DNA of 63,776 bases, filler included, from Choristocarpus tenellus KU-1152 (lineage: Eukaryota > Protista > Phaeophyceae): assembly GCA_964200185.2 (NCBI GenBank). It is 10 parts of 10 records of this genome, joined end to end, with 100 filler letters (N's around TTAATTAATTAA, not from the genome) between each part and the next. Parts side by side here need not be neighbours in the genome. Positions count along the whole stretch, not along the records: positions 51,051 to 58,585 come from CAXNAD020005995.1; positions 58,686 to 63,776 come from CAXNAD020011911.1; 8 more parts are not named here. One strand, written 5' to 3'. The notes under the pieces are model-generated. The model ran no database searches and was not told where the DNA came from. It saw nothing but the letters and a program-made list of their open reading frames with translations. Position 1 is the stretch's first letter. Each line of letters opens with the position of its first letter. Of this stretch, positions 53,135 to 63,776 are shown piece by piece. The position numbers were made by a program, and so were the translations under genes.

Positions 53135-53342
53135 TCCGACACGTGCGACCAAATCACACCAAAAAGTGAAAATCGAAAAAAGGGTTAAAAACGAACGCCG
53201 GCACCCCCCCCCAGATACTTCGATCCATTTTGAGGTGGTTTGGTTAAATGGATCAGATGGATAATGTAAGTTCACTTCTCCTGGTCAGGGCTCAAACGGA
53301 CACCCTCGTGTAGACCCTTCCCCCCCCCAGATACTTTGAGCC
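53135..53342. mobile_element. Family C right end directly followed by a partial family B copy
   Basis: ...aaaaacgaacgccggcaccccccccagatacttcgatcc (to 53226), then ...ccccagatactttgagcc (to 53342). Confidence 0.75.
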
Positions 53343-54284
53343 TGATCTCGTCTCTCTTCTTCTTGTCTTTGGTTACTTCTTTTAAGGGTACACCCATGAC
53401 CTCTAGGTGTTTCCCCTTTAGACCGTCAGCGTGAATACCACTATTGCGAGTCAGGGTCCAATCAGTCGTGGGGGGTGCTCAGAATAACCAGTTGTGCGAG
53501 GGTGGGGTTGCTTCCAGCAAAGCTCAAAGTCCTCTCACCGATCAAATCTTACGAGAAGTTTGAATTTAATTTTAGATCTGATGTATGGCGTCACATGCGG
53601 AAATGTATTGGACAGAGATAAGTTCCAAAAGGACACTTGTCCGTCATTATGAGGCCATACACTTAGAACCAGTGGTTGTTCAGTCCTATTTAGATCCCTT
53701 TGAAAGGAATAGAATGAAAAATCGAAGTTAAAGATTCAGCATATTTGACAGCATTTCCTTCATGGTACCCTCTCTCTGCGAGCCTCGTCATCTACCTACA
53801 GGTTTGTGGATTGGAGCAACATATCCCATCATGGTAACCTTGCAGAGCGTTTTGTAACACTTCTTTCTCTAGGTGGATAGCCTCCACCACCTCAGTTTGA
53901 CCTATACGATTGTAGGCGATGAACTGGTAGTACAGGAACAGTGGTATACCTCCTTCCTGGAGAACACCTCTCAACAGACGAACTTGAGTTTGTTTATTCG
54001 CAATTTGGCATCAGCTTCCCTGAACTCTTGAGCACCATGGTGTCCCTCCCCCCATTTCGTCATCATTGCAACCTGCTGGGCCCTTGTCTAATCCATCCTC
54101 ACTCTCTCCCTCTTATATTGCAGCACCCCAACGTCTGTCGGTGATCCTGAGGCCGGGCCTCTTGACCTCTTGCTTTTGTAATTCTCCATCCTGGGACACC
54201 TTTCTTAGACCATGAATAATTCGATATTAACTTTGAGTCGTGAAATAAAATGTTCTTCATCAAAAGTTTTGGCACAACAAAGTT

Positions 54285-54810
54285 GATGCACAGGAGGTGA
54301 CCACCAACAGTGTAGCACCAGAAGATAGGACAAGAAAAGAATTTAAAAGAGTTAATTCTCATTCAGGTGGCCAAATAAAAAGTAGGAGGTAATGAGGAGT
54401 GAATAAAATACAGAAAAAAGCAAAAAAGCAACTCAGAAACTAAAAATGGATTGTACCCATGGGCTCAAAGTATCTGGGGGGGGGGTGGCGGCTGTCCATT
54501 GGGGGTCAATTTTTTCATATTGCCATTTTTGGGTGATTTGGTTGCATACATCGGATGGATAATGTTAGTGCACCTTTTCTGGTTTTGGCCCAAATGGACA
54601 CCCTGGTGTAGACCCCCCCCCCCTCCCCCCACAGATACTTCGGGTCATCTGAAGACTATTTTGAACCGTAAGAGTATGCTGACCCTCAAAAGAAGGTTCA
54701 CGAATAATATCTCTCCAACTAAATATCACAAACAAAATTGTCAATACCCTGAGAGACAGTCATTATGTCGCTATAATTTTGAATCTACATTACCCCACCA
54801 AATGTATGAT
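54285..54810 (-). pseudogene. cox3: NUMT: decayed mitochondrial cox3 fragment interrupted by MITE B
   Basis: The minus strand reads SWRDIIREPSFEGQHTLTVQNSLQM[MITE]GTIHF..VSE..FFAFF...IHSSLPP...WPP...LSSGAT, collinear with COX3 (WWRDVIREATFEGHHT..VQ.GL..GMILFIVSE..FF.FFWAFFHSSL.P...WPP...LLSSG). Frameshifted. Confidence 0.8.
54462..54646 (-). mobile_element. MITE family B inserted in the cox3 NUMT
   Basis: atg|ggctcaaagtatctgggggg ... cagatacttcgggtc|atc (3-bp TSD with one mismatch). Confidence 0.9.
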
Positions 54811-54912
54811 TCAAAGCCACTGGAGGCCAAGGACTCGAATCAACCAAGTGAAAGGGATAGTGTTGTTTTGTCAATAAAGATTTCGCAAACTTTTACAACA
54901 ACCCAACTCGTA

Positions 54913-54994
54913 AGAATAAGGTAGGATTCGAACCTACGATGGAATGACTAAATGATTACAATCTGTGTTTTTCAATCTCTCCGTCACTTCTTCT
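54913..54994 (-). pseudogene. Degenerate organellar-type tRNA-Tyr(GTA)-like pseudogene, part of the NUMT
   Basis: Minus strand gaagaagtgacggagag...cagattgtaatc...cgtaggttcgaatcctaccttattc has an intact T-arm, a GTA anticodon, a long variable region and a partially pairing acceptor stem. Confidence 0.55.
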
Positions 54995-55479
54995 CACTTT
55001 CATTATGACAAGTTTTATTTTTGTTTTCTACCTAATTCACAAATGGTAAAGTTTATGAAGTAATCTGAGTTTTGTGGGCGAAAGAATTCTGGTGGTAATG
55101 TGGTACAACGGAGGGAGAGGTGAGGAAGGAAAAAGAAAAGGTAGGCAAGGAGTGAACGAAGAGATAAATATTGAGTGATTAGGAGGCAGAAGAGGCAGGA
55201 GAGAAGCTAAAGAAGTGGTTGGTAGGTGGAGGCACAAGGTAGGAAGGAATGGTCAGTATGTAAAGGAAACCGAGGGCTGGTGGTACAATACGAGGCTAGA
55301 ACAAGACAACCTCCAAGCAAGCTTTCCTGCCCATCCACCCTGGCGCTTGCTCACGACCGATTGGGATGCTGGGTAAAGGGAGGAGAGGTCAAGTTCAGGC
55401 GGGTTAGATGTCTTCTAGTTCAAAGGCACGGTATGAAGTGGATGATGAAGGGGTGTTCTTGGATGATTGTGGAGTGGTG

Positions 55480-56095
55480 TTGAGTGGTGTGGGGGAGTGG
55501 TAACTGGTGTGAGGTTGAGTGGAGTGGTGTAACTGGTGTGGGGGTGAGTGGAGGGGTAACTGGTGTGAGGTTGAGTGGGGTTGAAGAGTGGGGTGGTGAC
55601 TAGAAATCAGTGGCGAAGGGGTCGCACTGGTTGGTCATGAGATGTGGGGGGTGACTGGAAATCAGTGGTGAAGGGGGTTTCACACTGGTTGGTCATCAGA
55701 GGTGGGCGGTGGCTTGAAATCAATGGCAAAAAAAGGAGTTCGCATTGGTTGGTCATCGCAAGGGGGGGGGGAGGGATGACTGGAAATCAGTGGCGAAGGG
55801 GTCGCACTGGTTAGTCATCAAATGTGGGGGGTGGCTGGAAATTAGTGTCGAAGGGGTTGCACTGGTTTGTCATCAGATGTGGGGGGTGACTGGAAATCAG
55901 TGGCGAAGGGACCACACTGGTTGGTCATCAGATGTGGGGGGTGACTGGAAATCAATGGCAAAGGGGGTTCTCACTGGTTGGTCATCAGAGGGTGGTGGTG
56001 GCTGGAAAGCAATTGCAAAAGAGGGTCGCATTGGTTGGTCATCGCAGGCAAACATAGAATAAAATAATAATAATCCAGAATTCGTGAGCAAAACA
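55480..56095 (+). repeat. Compound minisatellite: short GT-rich units (55480-55595), then about 8 copies of a 55-60-bp unit
   Basis: Unit gactggaaatcagtggcgaaggggtcgcactggttggtcatcagatgtggggggt; a second locus lies at 12125-12386. Confidence 0.9.
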
Positions 56096-56334
56096 AACTT
56101 CCAGAAGACCAACTGCTTATCTTCATTTCCAAATTATATTAAAATGTGGATACATTATGTTTCACACAAAAATCGACCAACCAAAATAAATTGATTTTTA
56201 CATTTAGGTTTCTCTAAACTTCCAGAAGACCAACTAATTATTACTTTAATAAAAAACTGATCAAGTAAACGACAAAAAGATTTCTCCTTGCAAAATAAAT
56301 GTAAATATTTTTTTGTTGTCATTATACTATATTA

Positions 56335-57571
56335 CTGCCTCCATACCATAAGTCTTTTCCATGTTGCCCATAACTTTTGAAAATGTTGATGAAAATCATT
56401 TCTGAAAGAAGATTTGGAATCCTCGACAAATTTCTGGTTAGGATCAGCTCTTTTTAATATTAGTACTTCCCATCCATCATAATTTTATCAGCCACAGAAA
56501 AAGTCTCCATATCTACCTTCGGTGTGTTTTCAAGCTCACCAGACAACTGCCTCTTCCTTCCCCCTCTGTTCTCCACACTGAAGTCATTCCCCTTTTTGTA
56601 TGTAAGTACTTGATTGTGCACCACAAAAAGGAACTGCCAAGTCCTCTCAAGTGTGGTTTCCTCATACTCCTCATACGGTTTCTTAATGACCTTTACCATC
56701 TCCTCGACAGACCCAAACCGTTCCCCCATCACCTGGCACTTCAAAAACCTCAAGAAGCACAAGTCCATGATATTGAGGTTGGGGGAGTTAGATGGCTGCG
56801 TCACAAGCCCAAACGGCTACCCCTCGGGCTTCCATGCCCCTGACAAGATTTCTTAGTTGCCCTTGCCCATGTGGGGGATGGCACCGTCTTGCTGAACAAC
56901 AACGTGCTTCCCCTGCAATCAAGGCATCTTGGTCTTGATTGCAGGCTGAAACTCCTCCATGTACCACTTCCTGTACCACAAATGATCTAAAGTACAGTCC
57001 TGCTCATACAGATCCCCCTTTTTATGGTTCTTGCTTGCCCTGTCTGCCGTTTTTGGTGCGCACACACGCCAAACACCAAGCTTTCAGTCAAAGCTGTGAG
57101 CCGAATCTGGGCGAGCATTGGCCGCAATGATCATGGTTTTGGGGATATGACTCTTTGTGCTCCACAGCGGGGAACCCTGGAAGGTCGCTATCATCCTCAT
57201 GCGGCATTACCTTAACCCTTTCCCATCAGCCATCACGCAAAACCAGGTTTCATCCACATGGATCGTATTCGCCATGGAGGTGTACACACCACGTTTCCGG
57301 TCCACTTGATCGTAAACAAAGTTCATTCTCCATACCTTTTGCCACGATTTAACCATGGGTTTGATACAGTGGCGATTTGGCATATCCCCATATCATCCAA
57401 CCACCTGTTTATGGTGCTCGTGCTATAGTTCAGCTCCTTGGTGACCATTTTCATTGTCACCCGATGCACTGTGGATGACCGATTATTGAAGTTGATACTA
57501 TGTATTGTGGCCATCTTGGTTGGTGTGAGCTCCGAAGGCTGCCCACTACATTCCACCACGCCTAGGTCAAA
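56335..57571 (-). mobile_element. Mariner copy 4, 5'-truncated, catalytic region uninterrupted by MITEs but with stops
   Basis: ta|ctgcctccataccataag TIR; VQQDGAIPH...VTQPSNSPNLNIMDLCFLRFLKCQV. Confidence 0.9.
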
Positions 57572-57632
57572 CGTCAAATCTTAGGAGAAGTTTGAATGGA
57601 ATCTCAGATCCGACGGGTGACGTCAAATCTTT

Positions 57633-58458
57633 GTGACCGTCAACAGCAAGCGTTCGAGAATTCTTAAAACTTCTCTGTGTTTTATGTTGATGGTGAAACG
57701 TCTAGGCCAACTCTGCAAAGGAATGGGCACCTCTTGCATTATGGAGGACGGTAGCTCATTCACAGTGGACCAGAATTTCCGTATGAATGTGGTCTTCCAT
57801 GCTGGGGCACATGCGGATGCCCGATCAGTTCCCTACCACGATAAAGGCCTCCTTCTGGAATATACATTTGCAGAAGTGCAAGTAACCTCTCAGACTCAAA
57901 GTATCTGGGGGGGGGGAGGTGGCGGCTGTCCATTTGGGGTCATTTGTTTCATGTCGTGATTTTTGGGTGATTTGGTTGCATACTTCGGATGGATAATGTA
58001 AATGCACTTTTCCTGATTTTGGGCCAAATGGATACCCTGGTGTAGACCCCCCCCCTTCCCCAGATACTTTGGGTCCTCATCTGCCACACTCATCCACCAG
58101 CAATGGTGTAGCTACTGCTGCTGCTGAGGCGCGAAAGTGCACCCATTACGAGGGTTCTTTTGATCCTCGTAGTTATAGCCTCATTATCTTTGAGTTGGAA
58201 AGTTTTGGGCACCTCGGTAAGCAAGCGGAATGTTTTTTGGACGAATTGGCTACGCATGTGGTAGAGGAGAGGGGGGCAGGAGGCTACAGCAGGAAAGGGG
58301 CTGTCAAATCGCTTCTACAAAAGATAGTTCTTGTCACAACACAATTAGCTCTATCAAGACGTCTCATGCGTTTCAACCTGGAGACACCGGGGAGATGGGC
58401 AAGGAGGGGCCTGTCAGATTCTTGGGATGCTTCCCTAGCTCCTCGCCCTGTGGAGTAG
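57633..58458 (+). mobile_element. C-terminal restriction-like endonuclease region of a CRE-like non-LTR retrotransposon, split by MITE B
   Basis: Removing the MITE gives one frame: FRMNVV...KGLLLEYTFAEVQVTSHL...AAAEARKCTHYEGSFD...ELESFGHLGKQAECFLDELATHV. This matches the RLE pattern R.D...LLDVT...E.RK..HY...VE.FG.LG. Confidence 0.78.
57893..58075 (-). mobile_element. MITE family B, TSD CTCA
   Basis: ctca|gactcaaagtatctgggggg ... ccagatactttgggtc|ctca. Confidence 0.93.
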
Positions 58459-60866
58459 GGGTAAGCTAGGTTGGAAGCATTTGAGGGCTAACCCTAACGA
58501 AAGGGACAGTGCCTAATAGTGGGATAATCAGTTCAAGTCAATAATAGGGGTGGGGGGGGGTGGAGAGAAACTCAGGTTACATTAGNNNNNNNNNNNNNNN
58601 NNNNNNNNNNNNNNNNNNNNNNNNNNNNNTTAATTAATTAANNNNNNNNNNNNNNNNNNNNNNNNNNNNNNNNNNNNNNNNNNNNGTGAAAAACGGACGC
58701 CGAAACCCCCCCCCAGATACTTTGACCCAAATTGTGGTAAGAATGTCAAACGTAGTACTGTTTGCATTGTTATGGAGATGGTTACAATGCGCTCACAACA
58801 ACAACACTTGTTTATTTCCTTGCTCTCGATCATCACAAAGAAACGCACGTATGATTGAGACTGAAACTAGTACCATCGCTGTACATCAACTCACCAAACA
58901 TTACCCACGAAAGCCTGCAGACCTCCGCCAGTATTAGAACCCAATGACATAACAATTGCATCAACAAACAAACGTGAAAAACAGTACATGTTTGGACAGA
59001 TCATCCCAGGATCCTGCATGACCGTTTATCATCCATGACTGTGGTCAACACGAAGCATACAAAGAAGGCTGTTCTCGGGCATGACCAGGTAAGGATTGGA
59101 ATACCCGCTCACGCGTTTCTGCTCTGTCAGTCAACTGGCTCAAGGAAAGAAAGTACACCAGCTCCTCTGTCAAGTACACCAGTTGGCCACAGCTATGTGC
59201 ACCCCAAAGACACTTGCTCGGATTGATATTACCCACTGGCTCATTCCCAGGCATTCCCTCCTCCGCTGCAGTCTCACGCAGCAGCCATCAGGCAATATTT
59301 TTTTCTCTAATCTGGGATCCCTGCCTTCCTTGTTGATTGCCAATGGTATTTGAACGGAGTGGGACTATAACAAATGGATGGGTTGACCCTCTTACTAGCG
59401 ATGGTCCCCCCCATGACATAATACCTACCTGCAAAATGTCACTAGGCATACAATAAATCAATATTGGCTTCCTATACAACATTTCTGATAGTTTCGTGGT
59501 ATGGTTGAAATTAATCTGTTTAAAAAATAGATGGAAGTGAAGGCTTCCGCTTTTGATACCATATAATGAACGAGTGAAGTGTGGGTGGCAATGGTTGTAT
59601 TCATCGCATGAAAATGAGGACGCCAGGTAGACCCTTGGACCCAAGCCAGGTTATGGTTATGCATATTGTAGTTCGTGAAGCTACAAATCAATCTATTATG
59701 ATCCGTAGCTCTACATGTCTCTTGTACTTCTGGTTGGGGTGCTCGTTATTCACCTGGTCTTACAGTGTTAATGTCGGGTACGTGTAGTTTCGGAAAGGCG
59801 TTAGTTCAGAATGCATGCCAGTTCAGTACATTAGTCTGGCAGAATGATGTGTGTGTTTGCCATCACAGCTGCTTTTACCTGCAGAGCGAAGTACAGATAT
59901 TTTTTTGCTGGTTTGCGCAAAGAACCGTCTTCATTTGAGACTGTCCCAGACCATGTGATGGGAGGAGCATTCATACATTCTGTACGAATTGGCATACATG
60001 CGTATGTGTGCCAGATCTGAATCCTCACCACCGTACCATTCATTGCCCAGCAAGTTTGTTCTACGGAGATGGGTTGCTTGATTAATCACTACCCTAATTT
60101 TCTTGTAGCAAATGGTAATCTGTGGTCTTCTAGTCTTGTAGTGTTATTGGAATAAGCACAAACTACACAGTACATGCAAAAACAATCCAGGATATGATGT
60201 GTGGTTGGAGTAAAAATGATTTTGGTTTGGCTCAGGTACACATGTCAGGGGATACTGACATTCTGCAAATGACTATCATACTAAGGGGAATAATTATTCT
60301 AATATGGAGATTCTCACAACGACCACAGATTCAACAAGCATGTTGTACGCCACATAAGGGCCCAAGGTAGATTTCACTAGCAGCCATGAGGGGCGTTTTT
60401 CTTGTGCATGAGGACGAAACTCCTCATCAAGGGAAATATTCACAAAAGGTGATAACTGCATCATAGGGTCAGAGCTATTCACGAAGGAAAGTGTTACTTA
60501 CGCAGGAGCATCAAAAACGCACAGTTGGGAGGAAAATGAAAAAAGTTCGGTCAAAACCAACTGACAAAAAGCAGAACCAACAAGTTGTAGAAAGTGATGT
60601 AAGATATTACATGTCCACCGTACTTGTTTGTCATTCAAATCAAATAATAACTCAACCCTCTATGTACTCTGGAGCAGGTGTCAACACGCTTGTGCCTCAG
60701 AGAGAGAGAGAGAGAGAGCCACATCTTTAGCACTAGTGCTATAGATGCCACTGCTGTACAGCAATGGCGTGATATAGTGCCTGCCTGTAATGCCAACTTC
60801 AACCTCCTCTCATAATGACAAGCATGACTCGTACATTGGCAACTCCCAACAAGATGCTGGTCTACA

Positions 60867-63776
60867 TCATATTTTCCCTCCCTCCTCCTCCCATGCTCCC
60901 TCAATCTCAGCCACCTCTACAGCCACCTCAGGTCCACTGCTCTCCCTAGTTGGAGGAATTGGTTGTTTCAGTCCACTTGCCATATGCCACTTGAGCAGCT
61001 CGTCCTCTAGTGGATGTGTAGTCCCGCAGATCACCAATGAATGCAATGGGCTGCCAAAGTCAACATCGAGAAGCTCACTGGATTCACACAGGTATTAGAG
61101 GAAGGTAAGTGGTCATGAGAGTTTTAGTAGTGTGGGGGAGTGGATGTTATGGTGAGTGGATGAGGAAGCCATGATAGATCACGGCAACTTGGTAGTAGTG
61201 TAAAGGTAAAATTAACATGATAGGTATTTCCTGTCCCTTCCCACACTCCTTCCCTTCCCCCCTATCGTATGGGCATTGAATTAATAGGCCAGTTTCTTAT
61301 TGGCTGCATTTACATGGGGCAACAAATGCACTTGAACACGATGGCATTCACACAAGTATATGGCACACTGGAAAATAAATAGACTGTTGGGGATAAGTAG
61401 GGACTCCTGAAGGGGTCATGTGGACTCTAATTCAGGGTGTCACAGGCAGTGACTTCAATGTATTTGACAAAGAATGAAAACTGTCAAAAAATTGTTTGTG
61501 CTACATTCAAGCATATTGGGATGGGATTTCAGATTAGAAATCTCATACTTGAAGGCAGAATAGTGTCACCAGAGGATGTCACTACCTGTTGATATAATCA
61601 AACCACTGGTAATAAGCAAACTCTTTCAGGGAAGACTAAGCTGGGGATGAGTGGAACCAGCTGTTATTCTTGATCTCTTACCATCCATAGAGACCATGCA
61701 TCCCCAACTTCCTCACCCTCTCTAGAGGTAAAAATCTCGCACACATAAACAAACCACCTACTACACCATGGCACCAATAAGTGATGAGAACACTAATCAA
61801 TAAAGTGCCTTGCTTTGTATCAAATACTCAAGAGTACCAAGTACAGTACAAACTATGTTCCACGTCCTCCATTTTCCTCATGCACACTGGCGGGGAGAAA
61901 CAGTCTCCTACCCAGCTGTGTTACAAATGAAGCATCAAACATTGGGAAGGAACCATCTTCAGGGGGGGTCTCATACAGCTCCTCCTCAACTCACCACAAA
62001 AGCACCTCCTGCAAATGTGAAGCAAAAGTGATTTCTCCAACATATCTCTATCTCAAGCTACAATTCAAAATTCTCAAAACCACTCCTTTCCCACCCTCGA
62101 CCACAAACACATATACACATGGACCCTCCATCCCTCCACACCTCATTTTCCCAGCAACAATGTGCTGTGTGGACTGGCCTAGTCTTGCTAATCCTACACA
62201 CAGGGAATCAGGGCTGTACACATCTTGACATCTTCTGCATTCCACCTCCAAGAGCTGTTCCAAGGCTGTGCGGACCTGTGTCATGTGTGTCCTGGGTATG
62301 TGTTAGCTGAGAGCTATGTGTCCTGCTAGAAGGAAAGGTTGGAACTTCCTACACACCTCCAACAGGGAGATGTTTCATACATTGTGGATCACCCTGGAAT
62401 AAGCACAAAGATTTCTTTTTTCACAGGGCTGATGTCAATGAACACCTCATGATCAAACAACTTGCACACTATACAACATGTTTTCTGTACAATCCATTTT
62501 TAACTTCAGCCAAGGGTTCTGCAATTGTAGTTTATTGTATAGGATTTATCCCTCAGAGTACTTCATGAAACAGTACAGAATTACAAACACCAATGTAGAC
62601 TCCTCTAGGCCAACAATGAGGCAAGGCACTTGGGTATTTAGGACCCTAACGCCGTGGCAGTCACCTCACTTTTCGACTATACTCAGTACATCGCCCCATT
62701 ACAACAAACATTGGCGAGGTGATAAGTGCAAAGGGGGGAGCTCACCGTCATAAACCTTGGTGGAAGGTACCTGACCTTGCCCTTGGCCATCTGTGCAAAG
62801 TCTGGCTCCTTCACCTTAATGTCCAGGAGACACAGTGTATGCATTCCAGCCTCCATGTTCAAAAGGCAAAATAGGTCAGTGCAAAAGTGCGGTAGCACAG
62901 ACAGATGCACATAAGAAAGGTGAAAAATGTGAACAAGGCACGTATGGGTCGAAGATATGATTGCATCATGATTATCATTTACAGATTTAGACATAGATGT
63001 TGGTAGGTTTCATTGACTCTTTCTGTTGAGTGTGTCTAGACCAGGAGAGGACCAAGGAATTCAAAACGGAGCTCCAGTGCTACCTCACCCTCTAAGTCAA
63101 CAGAGATAGTTACTCCCATCTCCGGCAAGTCATTTTGCTACCTGCTCCACCTGAAGTCGTACCCTCCACTCACCTCCTTATTGACCTTGATCTTCTCATA
63201 AAAGCTGTCTGGCTCCCAGCTTTCTTCCCATAGAGGTATGGACACAGTTTGTCCAAAGTTGTACAATTGCAGGCCACAGGATGCAACTGCTCCCATTATG
63301 GATGCATTGTGGATAACCTCAACCTAAATACATCCAGGAGGGCAATGGATTAATTAATCTAATCAATCCAACAGGGGACAACCGGGTCAGGTAAACTTTT
63401 GCGACTGTGGTAGCAGGAATGGGACAAGGTTGGCCCTCGAATATTTGAAGGTGTGTTTTCGGCTCTCTTGTTCTCAAACACATGTGGATTTCCTTAGGGG
63501 GGATAATCCTTTCAGAGGCTGGGTTGTGTCCTTACAACAATGAGTTGTCACCCCAACCTCCATGAGAAGTCAACGACATATGGGGGGGCAGTAGAGGTGA
63601 AATGTGTCAAGCAATATCAGCTCTACAACTACTAGACCGGATGCATGGGGAATACCTTGACACCGAGCTCGCGAGCACGGATGATGAGGTCAGTGTGCGT
63701 TGTGGCACATAGCGGGTCACCCACAACCAGGAAGGATACGTCTTCGTCTTTTGCACTGGCGTAAATGTCCTCCGCC
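60867..63776 (-). CDS. DPH5: Diphthine methyl ester synthase (diphthine synthase), 5' end outside the window
   Basis: Exons 63776-63656 ([23 protein letters not shown]), 63323-63174 ([28 protein letters not shown]...SFYEKI), 62850-62746 ([16 protein letters not shown]...YLPPRFMT), 62275-62142 (ALEQLLEVE...VGLARLG) and 61077-60867 ([17 protein letters not shown]...HPLE). These are hallmark DPH5 motifs. Confidence 0.96.

Noticed and set aside
55598-56045. CRISPR-like array
   Set aside because: Units are contiguous near-identical tandem repeats without unique spacers, there are no cas genes, and the context is eukaryotic.
7073-58685. Regularly recurring TTAATTAATTAA palindrome as a biological motif
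   Set aside because: It is always embedded in N44 on both sides, so it is an artificial six-frame stop linker.
58990-60490. Possible exons of a gene adjacent to DPH5
   Set aside because: Splice-like signals exist on both strands and no consistent frame or domain could be supported.

Overview
Eukaryotic nuclear DNA, intron-rich and rich in transposable elements. It is probably a brown alga or a close stramenopile relative (inference from TTAGGG tracts, long introns, and sulfotransferase and GT47 genes). The window is not contiguous genome: ten short contigs (about 5-9 kb) are joined by nine artificial 100-nt spacers (N44-TTAATTAATTAA-N44), so gene neighbourhood across spacers carries no information. 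Spliced host genes reconstructed by eye: a membrane-anchored sulfotransferase (-), a kinase-fold pseudokinase (+), an exostosin/GT47 glycosyltransferase (+), an IQ-WW-WW-B-box-like protein (+), the C-terminus of a class I cyclic-nucleotide phosphodiesterase (+), and diphthine synthase DPH5 (-). Mobile DNA: a decayed Ty1/Copia element, two fragments of a CRE-like RLE non-LTR retrotransposon, a Gag zinc-knuckle relic, four copies of a Stowaway-ended mariner (DD40D spacing), a tRNA-headed SINE-like element, and a decayed mitochondrial insertion (cox3 + trnY). The most striking signal is about 25 copies of three related MITE families. They share a G(A/G)NNNAAAGTATCT terminus, families A and B share an inverted GTCCATTTGGG subterminal motif, and they make sequence-nonspecific TSDs of either 3 or 4 bp. 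Their autonomous partner is not in the window.
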